Below are positions 1 through 16,644 of a stretch of DNA of 64,000 nt, in pieces (position 1 is the stretch's first letter; each line of letters opens with the position of its first letter). Source of the DNA: Enterobacter sp. (lineage in GTDB: Bacteria > Pseudomonadota > Gammaproteobacteria > Enterobacterales > Enterobacteriaceae). The DNA lies in contig JALCNW010000009.1 of NCBI GenBank assembly GCA_022649305.1, positions 20,059 through 84,058 on the forward strand. Reading direction: 5' to 3'. Position numbers and translations under genes: made by a program. The notes beneath the pieces were generated by a model. The model searched no databases. It saw only the letters and a list, made by a program, of their open reading frames with translations, and was not told the origin of the DNA.

Positions 1-22
1 CATCCCCACCCGTTGTGTATAG

Positions 23-1725
<1,703 letters not shown>

Positions 1726-1736
1726 GTCAATAACTC

Positions 1737-2444
1737 GTGGAAGGCTGGCAGCGCGCATTCGTCCTGCATAGTCGTCCCTGGAGCGAAACCAGCCTCATGC
1801 TGGACGTCTTCACGGAAGAGTCCGGTCGCGTGCGCCTTGTTGCAAAAGGCGCACGTTCCAAACGTTCAAACCTTAAAGGTGCTCTACAGCCTTTTACCCC
1901 GCTTTTAGTCCGTTTTGGTGGCCGTGGGGATGTCAAAACCCTGCGCAGTGCTGAAGCCGTCTCGCTGGCGCTTCCCCTTTCCGGTATCACGCTTTACAGC
2001 GGTCTTTACGTCAATGAACTCATCTCGCGCGTCCTCGAGCATGAGACTCGCTTCTCTGAACTTTTTTTCGATTACCTGCACTGTATTCAGGCGCTTGCGG
2101 GCGCTCTCGATTCGCCTGAGCCTGCATTACGTCGTTTTGAGCTGGCGTTATTGGGGCATCTTGGTTACGGGGTCGATTTTTTGCACTGCGCGGGAAGCGG
2201 AGAATCAGTTGATGACACCATGACCTACCGGTATCGGGAAGAGAAGGGGTTCATTGCCAGCATCGTCATTGATAACAGCACGTTTACCGGGCGGCATCTC
2301 AGAGCGCTGTCAGAGCGGGAATTCCCCGACCAGGATACGCTACGTGCGGCAAAACGCTTTACCCGAATTGCCCTCAAGCCTTATCTTGGTGGCAAGCCCT
2401 TAAAGAGCAGAGAATTATTCAGGCAGTTTGTGCCAAAGCGCTAA
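1737..2444 (+). CDS. recO: DNA repair protein RecO
   Basis: GTG start; 235 aa beginning [25 protein letters not shown]..., near-identical to E. coli RecO. About 7 aa shorter at the C-terminus than my recollection of K-12. Confidence 0.95.
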   Translation: MEGWQRAFVLHSRPWSETSLMLDVFTEESGRVRLVAKGARSKRSNLKGALQPFTPLLVRFGGRGDVKTLRSAEAVSLALPLSGITLYSGLYVNELISRVLEHETRFSELFFDYLHCIQALAGALDSPEPALRRFELALLGHLGYGVDFLHCAGSGESVDDTMTYRYREEKGFIASIVIDNSTFTGRHLRALSEREFPDQDTLRAAKRFTRIALKPYLGGKPLKSRELFRQFVPKR

Positions 2445-2469
2445 CGAACTACGAAAACCGAGGATTGTC

Positions 2470-3200
2470 ATGGCTGAATTACTGTTAGGCGTCAACATTG
2501 ATCATATTGCTACGCTGCGTAATGCGCGCGGCACAGCGTATCCTGATCCCGTTCAGGCGGCATTTATCGCTGAGCAGGCTGGCGCCGACGGCATTACCGT
2601 TCATTTGCGTGAAGACCGTCGCCATATCACCGATCGTGATGTGCGGATTCTGCGTCAGACTCTTGATACCCGCATGAATCTTGAGATGGCGGTGACGGAA
2701 GAGATGCTGGCAATAGCCTGCGACACCAAACCACACTTCTGTTGCCTGGTGCCTGAGAAACGTCAGGAAGTCACCACCGAGGGGGGGCTGGATGTCGCGG
2801 GACAGCAGGATAAAATGCGTGATGCCTGCAAACGCCTTGCTGATGCGGGCATTCTGGTTTCGCTGTTTATTGACGCCGATTTTGAACAGATCAAAGCAGC
2901 AGCCGAAGTCGGCGCACCGTATATCGAAATTCATACCGGCTGCTATGCAGATGCCGAAGATGAAACCACGCTGGCCAAAGAGCTCGATCGCATCGCTAAA
3001 GCTGCCACCTACGCCGCAAGTCTGGGTCTTAAGGTTAACGCCGGTCACGGTCTGACTTATCACAACGTGAAAGCCATTGCCGCCATTCCGGAAATGTACG
3101 AGTTAAACATTGGGCACGCGATTATTGGTCGTGCGGTGATGAGTGGTTTAAAAGACGCGGTTGCCGAAATGAAGCGTCTGATGCATGAAGCACGTCAGTA

Positions 3201-3201
<1 letters not shown>
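2470..3201 (+). CDS. pdxJ: Pyridoxine 5'-phosphate synthase
   Basis: 243 aa from ATG 2470 ([21 protein letters not shown]...). The ORF-track start at 2428 is an upstream extension. Confidence 0.96.
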
Positions 3202-4733
<1,532 letters not shown>

Positions 4734-4751
4734 ACGTTCTCCTGGCGAAAG

Positions 4752-4767
4752 TGTGATTGTTGCTACA
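4752..4767. promoter_or_regulatory. Candidate CRP half-good site in the yfhH/murQ divergent region
   Basis: TGTGA-ttgttg-CTACA with correct N6 spacing; the right half matches 3/5. Weak call. Confidence 0.3.
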
Positions 4768-4852
4768 AATCCAGAAATATACTCGCCTGAATGAATTTTA
4801 TATTCCATTATAGTACGGTTATTATGAATTAAAAATTCTTGAGGTGTAAAAG

Positions 4853-5746
4853 ATGAATCTAGGCCAGTTAGTTTCTGAAACCCGTAATCCGCAAACCATG
4901 GATCTCGATGCGCTCTCCACGCTTGACCTTGTAACCCGTTTTAATCAACAGGATACGCTGGTCGCGCAGGCAGTGAAAGAGACATTGCCCGAGGTGGCGA
5001 AAGCCGTTGACGCCGCCGCACAATCGCTGAAAAGCGGGGGGCGCATTATTTACATGGGTGCAGGGACCAGCGGACGTCTTGGCGTACTTGATGCTTCTGA
5101 ATGCCCGCCGACGTTTGGTGTCCCTCACGGTCTGGTTATCGGGCTTATTGCCGGAGGTCCAGGCGCACTGCTAAAGGCGGTTGAGGGGGCGGAAGATAAT
5201 AAACAGCTCGGGGAGGACGACCTCAAAGCACTGAACCTGACCGCAGAGGATTTGGTGGTAGGTCTTGCCGCTTCCGGACGTACACCTTATGTCATTGGGG
5301 GGCTCGAATATGCCAATCAGCAAGGTTGCACCACTGTCGCTATCTCCTGTAACCCGGGTTCCCCGATTGCGCAGGTGGCGGCTATTGCCATCTCTCCGGT
5401 TGTGGGGCCAGAAGCACTGACTGGCTCAACGCGCCTTAAGTCCGGGACCGCGCAAAAGCTGGTGCTCAACATGATCTCTACGGGCGCAATGGTGAAATTC
5501 GGTAAGGTCTATCAAAACCTGATGGTGGATATGAAAGCCTCTAACATCAAGCTGGTAGATCGGGCCTGCCGTATGGTGGTGGAAGCTACGGGCGCGAGCC
5601 GTGAGGAAGCCGAAGCGGTACTCAAACAAACCGATCATGATGTTAAACCGGCCATTTTGATGATCCTCAGCGGGCTGGACGCCGCTGCCGCACGAGCAAA
5701 ACTTGATGCGCACCAGGGATTCTTGCGGGCTGCATTAGAAAACTAG
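4853..5746 (+). CDS. murQ: N-acetylmuramic acid 6-phosphate etherase
   Basis: 297 aa SIS-domain protein with [21 protein letters not shown] and [12 protein letters not shown] motifs shared with E. coli MurQ. Confidence 0.9.
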   Translation: MNLGQLVSETRNPQTMDLDALSTLDLVTRFNQQDTLVAQAVKETLPEVAKAVDAAAQSLKSGGRIIYMGAGTSGRLGVLDASECPPTFGVPHGLVIGLIAGGPGALLKAVEGAEDNKQLGEDDLKALNLTAEDLVVGLAASGRTPYVIGGLEYANQQGCTTVAISCNPGSPIAQVAAIAISPVVGPEALTGSTRLKSGTAQKLVLNMISTGAMVKFGKVYQNLMVDMKASNIKLVDRACRMVVEATGASREEAEAVLKQTDHDVKPAILMILSGLDAAAARAKLDAHQGFLRAALEN

Positions 5747-5762
5747 AACAGCAGAGGCGTAT

Positions 5763-7124
5763 ATGGAAAAAACAGCAGCGCTCGCCAGCGATATTTTGCA
5801 GGGGATTGGCGGGGAGAAAAATATTCTGCGTCTGGAAAACTGCATGACGCGTGTGCGGGTTGAAGTTCAGGATGACGAAAAGCTCGATCTCGCTCGCCTG
5901 AAAACGCTTTCTGGCGTGAGTGGCTATGTTAAGCAAGGGGCGCAGCATCAACTGATTGTCGGCCCCGGCAAAGCCGCAAAAGTTGTGGACGCAATGCGTG
6001 CGCTGATGGGCGCAGAAGGTTCGGTTGCGATTGATGACGCCGATCGCAATAAAGCGCAGGCGAAAGCCAAATATAAAGCCCCAATGAGCGATGCGCTGCG
6101 ACAGTTGGCAAACGTCTTTATTCCGCTGATTCCTGCCTTTATCGCCTCTGGTCTGATAACCGGGATTATCAACATCCTCAAGCGCCCGGATATCGTTGGG
6201 GATTTCGCTACGCACTATCCCAATATGCTCGGAATTTTGGGCATTTTTGGCAGCGCAGTGTTTGCCATCATGAACATTCTGGTTGGCGTCAACGCCGCGA
6301 AAGTTTTTGGCGGATCGCTGGCAATGGGTGGGGTGATGGCAGGGATCCTTTCCAGCCCGCAGCTGGCGCAGATCACCCTGTTTGGCGAGGCATTACAGCC
6401 AGGACGTGGCGGAGTCATTGCGGTGCTGCTGGTGGTGGTCCTGATGTGTTGGATTGAGAAACGGCTGCGCAACGTTTTGCCCGGCTCGATTGAACTGATC
6501 CTTAACCCGCTGCTGACGACGCTAATTACGGGCACTATCGCTATTGTGGCCCTACAGCCGCTGGGGGGCTTGATCTCCGATGCCATTGCGCACGGTGCTT
6601 CTCTGGCTATCGATCGTGGTGGTCTGGCAGTAGGTGCGATTCTGTCCGGGACCTTCCTGCCGCTGGTGCTCACGGGCTTACATCAGGGTCTGGTGCCCAT
6701 TCACGTGGAGCTGGTGCAGGCTCATGGGTATAACGCGCTGCTGCCGATTCTGTCGATGGCGGGCGTAGGGCAGGTTGGTGCGGCGATTGCAGTACTGATG
6801 AAAACCCGTAACCAGCGTTTGAAAAAAGTCATTAAAGGGGCACTGCCAGTAGGATTATTGGGTATTGGCGAGCCCCTTATTTTTGGGGTCACGTTGCCGC
6901 TCGGCAAGCCTTTCCTGGGAGCATGTCTGGGAGGTGCGGTTGGCGGTGCGCTCATTAGTTACTGGAAAGTGGCGACGGTCATTACCTTTGGGATTTCCGG
7001 TTTACCACTGGCATTAACCATCGTGACCGGAAAAGTCATGTTCTATCTGTTAGGCTATCTGGTAGCGGTAATTGCCGGGTTCTTGTTTACCTGGCTTTTA
7101 GGGTTCAACGATCCAGAGGAGTAA
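5763..7124 (+). CDS. PTS EIIBC component, MurP-like (MurNAc-type, substrate not certain)
   Basis: 453 aa. N-terminal EIIB with Cys motif NCMTRVRV, followed by a multi-TM EIIC (GIGEPLIFGVTLP). Only moderately similar to my recollection of E. coli MurP. No EIIA domain. Confidence 0.85.
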   Translation: MEKTAALASDILQGIGGEKNILRLENCMTRVRVEVQDDEKLDLARLKTLSGVSGYVKQGAQHQLIVGPGKAAKVVDAMRALMGAEGSVAIDDADRNKAQAKAKYKAPMSDALRQLANVFIPLIPAFIASGLITGIINILKRPDIVGDFATHYPNMLGILGIFGSAVFAIMNILVGVNAAKVFGGSLAMGGVMAGILSSPQLAQITLFGEALQPGRGGVIAVLLVVVLMCWIEKRLRNVLPGSIELILNPLLTTLITGTIAIVALQPLGGLISDAIAHGASLAIDRGGLAVGAILSGTFLPLVLTGLHQGLVPIHVELVQAHGYNALLPILSMAGVGQVGAAIAVLMKTRNQRLKKVIKGALPVGLLGIGEPLIFGVTLPLGKPFLGACLGGAVGGALISYWKVATVITFGISGLPLALTIVTGKVMFYLLGYLVAVIAGFLFTWLLGFNDPEE

Positions 7125-7127
7125 GGT

Positions 7128-7763
7128 TTGGCTAATCACGAGCGTCGTGTCGTTTTTTTTGATTTAGACGGAACGCTGCATCAGCAGGACATGTTTGGCA
7201 CATTTATGCGCTATCTGCTGCGTCGACAGCCTCTAAACGCGCTGCTCGTGCTGCCGCTTTTGCCGGTGATTGGCATGGCGTTGTTGATGAAAGGACGTGC
7301 GGCGCGGTGGCCGATGAGCCTGCTGCTGTGGGGCTGCACTTTCGGCCATAGTGAGGTGCGCCTCAAGCAGCTGGAACAGGATTTTGCCGTCTGGTTTCGC
7401 GGTCACGTCACCGCGTTTCCGGTCGTCCAGGATCGTCTGACGCATTATTTGAATGCCAATGATGCCGATATCTGGCTAATAACCGGTTCGCCCCAGCCGC
7501 TGGTGGAGCAGGTCTATTTCGATACGCCGTGGCTCCCGCGCGTCAATCTTATCGCCACGCAAATTGGCCGCGCCTATGGTGGATGGGTGCTGACGATGCG
7601 CTGCCTTGGGCATGAGAAGGTGGTGCAACTCGAGAAAAAAATTGGTACGCCGCTGCGTCTGCACAGTGGTTACAGCGACAGTAAACAAGATAACCCGCTG
7701 CTGTATTTCTGCGAGCATCGCTTTCGCGTCACACCATCAGGTGAACTTCAGCAACTGGAATAG
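7128..7763 (+). CDS. pgpC: Phosphatidylglycerophosphatase C
   Basis: TTG start 3 nt after the PTS stop, with GAGGAG SD. 211 aa beginning MANHERRVVFFDLDGTLHQQDMF (HAD DxDGT motif), as in E. coli YfhB. Confidence 0.9.
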   Translation: MANHERRVVFFDLDGTLHQQDMFGTFMRYLLRRQPLNALLVLPLLPVIGMALLMKGRAARWPMSLLLWGCTFGHSEVRLKQLEQDFAVWFRGHVTAFPVVQDRLTHYLNANDADIWLITGSPQPLVEQVYFDTPWLPRVNLIATQIGRAYGGWVLTMRCLGHEKVVQLEKKIGTPLRLHSGYSDSKQDNPLLYFCEHRFRVTPSGELQQLE

Positions 7764-7775
7764 TGTTAACCATAA

Positions 7776-9765
<1,990 letters not shown>

Positions 9766-9929
9766 TTAGTTAATTCTCTGCGCCGTGCGATGCCTCAGTG
9801 TGCTGTAGTCATGTTATGAATAAGGTTTACCATTGATTGAGCGGCATTTTGCGCAAACTTGCGCCAGTTGGCAACAAATTAGAGAGTTCGGTCACATCTA
9901 TTGATAAAAACAAATGTCGATTTTATTTC

Positions 9930-9945
9930 CACGCAAACGGTTTCG
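9930..9945. promoter_or_regulatory. PurR operator of purL
   Basis: ACGCAAACGGTTTCGT fits the PurR consensus ACGCAAACGTTTTCNT and overlaps the -35 region. TATAAT -10 at 9964-9969. Confidence 0.8.
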
Positions 9946-10031
9946 TCGAGGCTCAGGATTCTCTATAATGACGCCCGTTTTCCCCTTGCGCACACTGTAA
10001 GCGCCTCAGGCGCTTCGAAGACGAGAGACTT

Positions 10032-13000
10032 ATGATGGAAATTCTGCGTGGTTCGCCTGCACTGTCTGCCTTCCGTATCAACAAACTGCTGGCACGTTTT
10101 CAGGCAGCCGACCTTCCGGTAAGCACTATATACGCTGAGTATGTCCATTTTGCTGACCTGAACGCGCCGTTGAACGCGCAGCAGCAAGAGCAGCTCGGGC
10201 GCCTGCTTAAGTATGGCCCGAGCCTGAGTAGCCACACGCCAACCGGCAAACTTATTCTTGCGACGCCTCGCCCGGGTACCATCTCCCCCTGGTCTTCCAA
10301 AGCGACTGACATCGCCCATAACTGCGGCCTGAGCCAGATTAACCGTCTGGAACGTGGCGTGGCGTACTATGTTGAAGCCTCAACGCTGACCGCGGAACAG
10401 TGGCAGACGGTGGCTGATGAACTGCACGATCGCATGATGGAGAGTGTGTTTGCCTCTCTGGACGACGCGCAGCAGCTTTTTGCTCATCACCAGCCTGCAC
10501 CGGTGCAAAGTGTGGATCTGCTGGGGCAGGGGCGTCAGGCACTGATTGATGCCAACCTCCGCTTAGGTCTGGCGCTGGCGGACGACGAGATTGATTACCT
10601 GCAGGATGCGTTCGTTAAGCTGAATCGCAACCCTAATGACATCGAACTGTATATGTTCGCGCAGGCCAACTCTGAGCATTGCCGTCACAAAATTTTCAAC
10701 GCCGATTGGGTAATCGACGGCGTAGAGCAGCCGAAGTCGCTGTTCAAGATGATTAAAAACACCTTCGAGAAAATCCCCGATCACGTGCTGTCAGCTTATA
10801 AAGACAACGCTGCGGTAATGGAAGGTTCCGACGTGGGTCGCTTCTACGCCGATCGCGAAGCAGGGCGTTACGACTTCCATCAGGAGCCAACGCATATCCT
10901 GATGAAGGTCGAAACCCATAACCATCCAACGGCGATTTCACCCTGGCCGGGTGCGGCTACCGGTTCCGGTGGTGAAATTCGCGATGAAGGCGCAACAGGT
11001 CGTGGCGCTAAGCCAAAGGCGGGTCTGGTTGGTTTCTCTGTTTCCAACCTGCGTATTCCGGGCTTTGAACAGCCGTGGGAAGAAGATTTTGGTAAGCCAG
11101 AACGTATTGTAACTGCGCTCGACATCATGACCGAAGGCCCGCTTGGCGGTGCTGCGTTTAACAATGAGTTTGGACGCCCGGCGCTGAACGGCTACTTCCG
11201 TACCTATGAAGAGAAAGTCGAGAGCCACAACGGTGAAGAGCTGCGCGGCTACCACAAGCCGATCATGCTGGCGGGCGGGATCGGCAATATCCGCGCCGAT
11301 CACGTACAAAAAGGCGAGATCGTCGTGGGCGCGAAACTGATCGTGTTGGGCGGTCCGGCGATGAATATCGGTCTGGGCGGTGGGGCTGCCTCTTCAATGG
11401 CCTCCGGTCAGTCGGATGCCGATCTTGATTTTGCCTCCGTTCAGCGCGACAACCCGGAAATGGAGCGTCGCTGCCAGGAAGTGATCGACCGCTGCTGGGA
11501 GTTGGGTGACGCCAACCCAATCCTGTTTATCCACGATGTGGGGGCGGGCGGTCTGTCGAACGCTATGCCGGAACTGGTGAGCGACGGTGGTCGCGGCGGT
11601 CGTTTCGATCTGCGCAAGATCCTGAGCGACGAACCGGGCATGAGCCCGTTAGAGATCTGGTGTAACGAATCACAGGAACGCTATGTCATGGCGGTGGCAG
11701 CCGATCAGCTTCCGCTGTTCGATGAGCTGTGCCGTCGCGAGCGCGCTCCGTATGCGGTTATCGGTGAGGCAACAGAAGAACTGCACCTGACCATGAACGA
11801 CCCGCATTTTGACAACCAGCCTATCGACCTGCCGCTGGACGTGCTGCTGGGCAAAACCCCGAAAATGACCCGCAACGTGCAAACCCGTAAAGCCGTTGGT
11901 AAACCGCTGGATCTTCACGGTATCACTATTGCCGATGCGGTAAATCGCGTTCTGCATCTGCCTGCGGTAGCGGAAAAAACCTTCCTGGTCACCATTGGCG
12001 ACCGCTCGGTCACTGGCATGGTGGCGCGCGATCAGATGGTTGGACCATGGCAAGTACCGGTTGCGAACTGTGCTGTTACCACCGCGAGTCTCGATAGCTA
12101 TTACGGTGAAGCGATGGCGCTCGGTGAACGTACCCCTGTCGCGCTGCTGGATTTTGCGGCCTCTGGTCGCCTGGCCGTGGGCGAAGCGCTGACCAATATT
12201 GCCGCCACGCAAATTGGCGATATCAAGCGTATTAAGCTTTCTGCAAACTGGATGGCTGCTGCTGGTCACCCGGGCGAAGATGCAGGCCTATACGAAGCGG
12301 TTAAAGCGGTGGGTGAGGAGCTTTGTCCAGCGCTGGGTCTGACGATTCCAGTTGGCAAAGACTCCATGTCGATGAAAACCCGCTGGCAGGAAGGCAGCGA
12401 GCAGCGCGAGATGACCTCTCCCCTGTCGCTGGTGATCACCGCTTTTGCGCGCGTTGAAGATGTGCGCCATACCATCACGCCACAGCTGTCGACCGAAGAT
12501 AACGCCTTGCTGCTGATCGATTTGGGCAAAGGTCATAACGCGCTGGGCGCAACCGCTTTGGCGCAGGTTTATCGCCAGTTGGGTGACAAGCCGGCGGACG
12601 TGCGCGATGCCACACAGCTTAAAGGGTTCTACGACGCGATTCAGGCGCTTGTCGTGGCACGTCAACTGTTGGCCTACCACGACCGTTCAGACGGCGGCCT
12701 GCTGGTTACCCTGGCGGAGATGGCCTTTACCGGCCACTGCGGCGTTGAAGTTAACATTGCAGCGCTTGGCGACGATCGTCTGGCCGCGTTGTTCAATGAA
12801 GAGCTGGGCGCGGTGATTCAGGTTCGCGCAGCGGATCGTGAAGCCGTCGAAGCGGTACTGGCGCAACATGGTCTGGCTGACTGCGTGCATTATCTGGGTA
12901 AAGCCGTAACTGGCGATCGTTTTGTCATTGAAGCTGATGGCCATGCGGTATTCAGCGAAAGCCGTTCTACGCTGCGTATGTGGTGGGCGGAAACGACCTG

Positions 13001-13919
13001 GCAGATGCAGCGTCTGCGTGATAACCCTGAATGCGCCGATCAAGAGCACAACGCGAAAGCCAGAGATAACGATCCGGGCCTGAACGTGAAGCTCACCTTC
13101 GACATCAGCGAGGATATTGCTGCGCCATACATTGCTACCGGCGCGCGTCCAAAAGTCGCGGTTCTGCGCGAGCAGGGCGTTAACTCCCATGTGGAGATGG
13201 CGGCGGCATTCCACCGCGCGGGCTTTGATGCCATCGATGTACACATGAGCGACCTGCTGGCAGGCCGTATTGGTCTGGAAGATTTCCAGGCGCTGGTGGC
13301 CTGCGGTGGATTCTCTTACGGTGACGTACTGGGCGCGGGTGAAGGCTGGGCGAAGTCCATTCTGTTCAACCATCGCGTGCGCGATGAGTTTGAAACCTTC
13401 TTCCACCGTCCACAAACGCTGGCGCTGGGCGTGTGCAACGGCTGCCAGATGATGTCGAATCTGCGTGAGCTGATCCCCGGCAGTGAAGCCTGGCCGCGCT
13501 TTGTGCGTAACCAGTCCGATCGCTTCGAGGCGCGCTTTAGCCTGGTTGAAGTGACTCAAAGCCCGTCTCTGCTGCTGCAAGGCATGGTCGGTTCGCAAAT
13601 GCCAATCGCGGTTTCACATGGCGAAGGCCAGGTCGAAGTGCGTGATGCGGCGCATCTCGCGACGCTGGAAAGCAAAGGTCTGGTGGCGCTGCGCTTCGTG
13701 GATAACTTTGGCAAGGTGACGCAAACCTACCCAGCCAACCCGAACGGTTCAGCAAACGGCATCACTGCGGTGACCAGCGAAAGCGGTCGCGTTACGGTGA
13801 TGATGCCGCATCCGGAGCGTGTTTTCCGTACCGTGAGCAACTCCTGGCACCCAGAAAACTGGGGCGAGGATAGCCCGTGGATGCGCATCTTCCGCAATGC
13901 GCGCAAACAGCTCGGTTAA
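10032..13919 (+). CDS. purL: Phosphoribosylformylglycinamidine synthase
   Basis: 1295 aa beginning [23 protein letters not shown]. Full-length large PurL with a C-terminal glutaminase domain (GVCNGCQMM). Confidence 0.98.
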   Translation: MMEILRGSPALSAFRINKLLARFQAADLPVSTIYAEYVHFADLNAPLNAQQQEQLGRLLKYGPSLSSHTPTGKLILATPRPGTISPWSSKATDIAHNCGLSQINRLERGVAYYVEASTLTAEQWQTVADELHDRMMESVFASLDDAQQLFAHHQPAPVQSVDLLGQGRQALIDANLRLGLALADDEIDYLQDAFVKLNRNPNDIELYMFAQANSEHCRHKIFNADWVIDGVEQPKSLFKMIKNTFEKIPDHVLSAYKDNAAVMEGSDVGRFYADREAGRYDFHQEPTHILMKVETHNHPTAISPWPGAATGSGGEIRDEGATGRGAKPKAGLVGFSVSNLRIPGFEQPWEEDFGKPERIVTALDIMTEGPLGGAAFNNEFGRPALNGYFRTYEEKVESHNGEELRGYHKPIMLAGGIGNIRADHVQKGEIVVGAKLIVLGGPAMNIGLGGGAASSMASGQSDADLDFASVQRDNPEMERRCQEVIDRCWELGDANPILFIHDVGAGGLSNAMPELVSDGGRGGRFDLRKILSDEPGMSPLEIWCNESQERYVMAVAADQLPLFDELCRRERAPYAVIGEATEELHLTMNDPHFDNQPIDLPLDVLLGKTPKMTRNVQTRKAVGKPLDLHGITIADAVNRVLHLPAVAEKTFLVTIGDRSVTGMVARDQMVGPWQVPVANCAVTTASLDSYYGEAMALGERTPVALLDFAASGRLAVGEALTNIAATQIGDIKRIKLSANWMAAAGHPGEDAGLYEAVKAVGEELCPALGLTIPVGKDSMSMKTRWQEGSEQREMTSPLSLVITAFARVEDVRHTITPQLSTEDNALLLIDLGKGHNALGATALAQVYRQLGDKPADVRDATQLKGFYDAIQALVVARQLLAYHDRSDGGLLVTLAEMAFTGHCGVEVNIAALGDDRLAALFNEELGAVIQVRAADREAVEAVLAQHGLADCVHYLGKAVTGDRFVIEADGHAVFSESRSTLRMWWAETTWQMQRLRDNPECADQEHNAKARDNDPGLNVKLTFDISEDIAAPYIATGARPKVAVLREQGVNSHVEMAAAFHRAGFDAIDVHMSDLLAGRIGLEDFQALVACGGFSYGDVLGAGEGWAKSILFNHRVRDEFETFFHRPQTLALGVCNGCQMMSNLRELIPGSEAWPRFVRNQSDRFEARFSLVEVTQSPSLLLQGMVGSQMPIAVSHGEGQVEVRDAAHLATLESKGLVALRFVDNFGKVTQTYPANPNGSANGITAVTSESGRVTVMMPHPERVFRTVSNSWHPENWGEDSPWMRIFRNARKQLG

Positions 13920-13939
13920 CGTTTATTTTTGAACTTCTC

Positions 13940-13972
13940 AGCCCGGTAAGCACAGCCTGCCGGGCTTTTTTA
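13940..13972 (+). terminator. purL intrinsic terminator
   Basis: AGCCCGG (13940-46) pairs with CCGGGCT (13960-66), followed by TTTTTT. Confidence 0.8.
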
Positions 13973-13976
13973 TTGG

Positions 13977-14090
13977 TGTCGTGAATGCGCGACAAAGAGC
14001 ATATTACAGTGTCTCCAAATGGAGACGCGTAACTCACTGATTTTTATAGTAGTCCAGAATTCGCTTATAAGGTGTTGCTAATAAGCGACA
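13977..14090. promoter_or_regulatory. Three GlrR (QseF) activator binding sites upstream of glmY
   Basis: TGTC-N10-GACA at 13977-13994, TGTC-N10-GACG at 14010-14027 and TGTT-N10-GACA at 14073-14090. This matches the published TGTCN10GACA motif and the three-site layout. Confidence 0.8.
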
Positions 14091-14179
14091 CGTAGCCTGG
14101 AAATCATTCAGTGAATAACTAACGTGTTATTGTAGTAATAATCATATTTTTCAGCATGTTAATAATTTGTTTTGCTTTT

Positions 14180-14195
14180 TGGCATGAGTGTTGCA
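14180..14195 (+). promoter_or_regulatory. sigma54 promoter of glmY (overlapping a sigma70 promoter)
   Basis: TGGCAT-N5-TTGCA at -24/-12 spacing, 12 nt before the glmY 5' end. CATAAT (14194-99) and TTGCTT (14172-77) give an overlapping sigma70 promoter, as in E. coli. Confidence 0.85.
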
Positions 14196-14206
14196 TAATA
14201 TTAACC

Positions 14207-14392
14207 AGTGGCTCATTCACCTTCTTATGTCAGCCCCTTCGGGACGCGCTACATAAACTTCGAATGACGCACAAAAAGGTGCCTGCCGTCCAACTACTGA
14301 TTATAGCTCTGCTTTATCAGACCCCGGGCGAAACGTCGAGTAAGGCACCGCCTCATTGCATAACAAAGCCGGGTTTTTACCCGGCTTTGTTG
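14207..14392 (+). ncRNA. glmY: GlmY small RNA
   Basis: AGTGGCTCATTCACC...GCCCCTTCGGGAC...ends in terminator AAAGCCGGG-TTTTTA-CCCGGCTTT plus U run. Near-identical to E. coli glmY from memory and in the correct purL-glrK position. Confidence 0.92.
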
Positions 14393-14450
14393 TATCTGAA
14401 GGACAGACTCGGTTAGTCTCTCTTAACCCCTTTTCAGAGAGAGTAATGCG

Positions 14451-15878
14451 TTGAAACGCTGGTCCCTTTTTCCTCGCTCCCTGCGACAGTTAGTAATGAT
14501 GGCATTTTTGCTGATCCTGTTACCGCTGCTGGTTCTGGCATGGCAGGCGTGGCAGAGCCTTAATGCGCTCAGCGCCCAGGCCGCGTTAACCAATCGCACA
14601 ACGCTCATCGATGCCCGTCGCAGCGAGGCCATGACCAATGCTGCGCTGGAGATGGAACGTAGCTATCGTCAATACTGTGTCCTGGACGATCGTACGCTGG
14701 AAAAGGTCTATCAAAATCAACGCAGACGTTACAGCGAAATGCTTGATGCCCATGCGGGTGTGCTCCCTGACGATAAGCTCTATCAAACCTTGCGTCAGGA
14801 TCTCAACGATCTGGCCCAGCTACAGTGTAAAAACAGCGGCCCTGATGCTGTCGCAACGACTCGCCTCGAAGCTTTTGCCAACGCTAATACCGAAATGGTG
14901 CAATCGACGCGCACGGTCGTTTTCTCTCGCGGGCAGCAGCTTCAGCAGGAGATCGCGGAGCGCGGTCAATTCTTTGGCTGGCAGGCACTGGTGCTGTTTC
15001 TGGTGAGCCTGGGGCTGGTATTGCTATTCACGCGTATGATAATCGGCCCGGTGAAAGGGATAGAGCGGATGATCAATCGACTGGGAGAGGGAAAGTCGCT
15101 TGGGAATACTGTTGTGTTCAAGGGGCCACGCGAATTGCGATCCGTCGGGCAACGGATCATCTGGCTTTCCGAACGTCTGGCGTGGCTGGAGTCTCAGCGC
15201 CATCAGTTTTTACGCCACATCTCCCACGAACTAAAAACCCCGCTTGCCAGCATGCGTGAAGGCACCGAGCTGTTGGCAGACGAAGTTGCAGGACCGCTGA
15301 GTCCTGAACAAAAAGAGATTGTCGATATTCTCGACGCCAGCAGCCGTAATCTGCAAAAGCTGATTGAGCAACTGCTGGATTACAACCGCAAGCTCGCAGA
15401 TGGCGCCGTTGAGCTCGAAAAAGTAGAAATTGAACCGCTGGTGGATATGGTCCGTTCTGCGCATAGCTTGCCTGCACGGGCTAAAATGATGCGTACTGAG
15501 ATCGATCTTCAGGAGCCGGTTTGTTATGCCGAACCTATGCTGTTAATGAGCGTGCTGGATAATCTTTATTCCAATGCGGTGCACTACGGTACTGAATCCG
15601 GTAACATTTATATTCGCAGTTTTACCAACGGTTCGCGGGTGTGTATCGACGTCGCCAACACCGGTACTCCTATTCCGGATGACGAAAAAGTGATGATTTT
15701 TGAACCCTTTTTCCAGGGAAGTCATCAGCGAAAAGGTGCGGTAAAAGGAAGTGGTTTGGGCTTAAGCATTGCTCGCGACTGCATACGACGTATGCATGGA
15801 GAGTTACACATTTCGCACGATGTTCGCGCCGATGTTTGCTTTCGTATCGAACTGCCTCTTGAGCCGAAAAATCAATGA
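14451..15878 (+). CDS. glrK: Sensor histidine kinase GlrK (QseE)
   Basis: TTG start; 475 aa with two TM segments, HAMP, H-box FLRHISHELKTPL and an HATPase domain (GSGLGLSIARD). Confidence 0.95.
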   Translation: MKRWSLFPRSLRQLVMMAFLLILLPLLVLAWQAWQSLNALSAQAALTNRTTLIDARRSEAMTNAALEMERSYRQYCVLDDRTLEKVYQNQRRRYSEMLDAHAGVLPDDKLYQTLRQDLNDLAQLQCKNSGPDAVATTRLEAFANANTEMVQSTRTVVFSRGQQLQQEIAERGQFFGWQALVLFLVSLGLVLLFTRMIIGPVKGIERMINRLGEGKSLGNTVVFKGPRELRSVGQRIIWLSERLAWLESQRHQFLRHISHELKTPLASMREGTELLADEVAGPLSPEQKEIVDILDASSRNLQKLIEQLLDYNRKLADGAVELEKVEIEPLVDMVRSAHSLPARAKMMRTEIDLQEPVCYAEPMLLMSVLDNLYSNAVHYGTESGNIYIRSFTNGSRVCIDVANTGTPIPDDEKVMIFEPFFQGSHQRKGAVKGSGLGLSIARDCIRRMHGELHISHDVRADVCFRIELPLEPKNQ

Positions 15879-15879
15879 A

Positions 15880-16644
15880 ATGAATCTAAGTCTGGTGAGT
15901 ATGCCACACGTCCTTTTCCGCGCGATTAACGCGGCGTTTTCCAGCAAAATCTTACGATTAGGCCTGCCATGTCTCCTCCTGGCCGGATGTGTTTCTCATA
16001 CGCCAAAAAGTGCTATCAGCGACAAACAAGACGATAAATTGCCTGAGCACCAGTTGGCGGATTTCTTATCAACAGAGTGCGATAACATCTGGCTGCTTGC
16101 AGGCCATGACGTTGAAGCTAACCCGCTTTTCTGGCTGCGCAGTATGGACTGTGCCGACCGTCTTGCGCCAGCCGCTGCGCGTGCGCAGGCCCATCAGTGG
16201 GCGGACGACACCTGGCAGGACACCTTTAAACGCGGCATCCTGCTGGCTAACGCCAAAATCAATCCGGTTGAGCGTCGTGCCAACACCACGCGCCTTGATG
16301 CGTTGAGCCCACAAATTCCGGCGCAGGTGCGTCCGCTTTATCAGCTTTGGCGGAACGGGCAGGTGCTGCAACTCCAGCTTGCCGAAGAACGCTCTCGCTA
16401 CAGCAAGCTGCAACAATCTGCCGATGGCGAGCTGGACACGCTGCGTCAACAGCAACAGTACTTACGCTCACAGCTTGATACCACCACCCGCAAGCTGGAA
16501 AATTTGACGGATATCGAGCGGCAACTTTCCACCCGTAAACCGGCCAGCAACTATTTGCCGGACGGCTCGAAAGGCGGTGCGCATTCGACGTCCACGCCGG
16601 ACCAGGATGGTGATATACCGAAACAAGAGGATGTGAAGCCATGA
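15880..16644 (+). CDS. qseG: Outer-membrane lipoprotein QseG (YfhG)
   Basis: ATG 15880 lies 1 nt after the glrK stop; ATG 15901 is an alternative start. Lipobox LLLAGC. Conserved LENLTDIERQLSTRKP. The ORF-track start at 15769 lies inside glrK. Confidence 0.85.
   Translation: MNLSLVSMPHVLFRAINAAFSSKILRLGLPCLLLAGCVSHTPKSAISDKQDDKLPEHQLADFLSTECDNIWLLAGHDVEANPLFWLRSMDCADRLAPAAARAQAHQWADDTWQDTFKRGILLANAKINPVERRANTTRLDALSPQIPAQVRPLYQLWRNGQVLQLQLAEERSRYSKLQQSADGELDTLRQQQQYLRSQLDTTTRKLENLTDIERQLSTRKPASNYLPDGSKGGAHSTSTPDQDGDIPKQEDVKP

Noticed and set aside
14156-14416. 86-aa ORF on the plus strand between purL and glrK
   Set aside because: It coincides with the glmY sRNA, its sigma54 promoter and its terminator. 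It has no SD and its composition is not protein-like.
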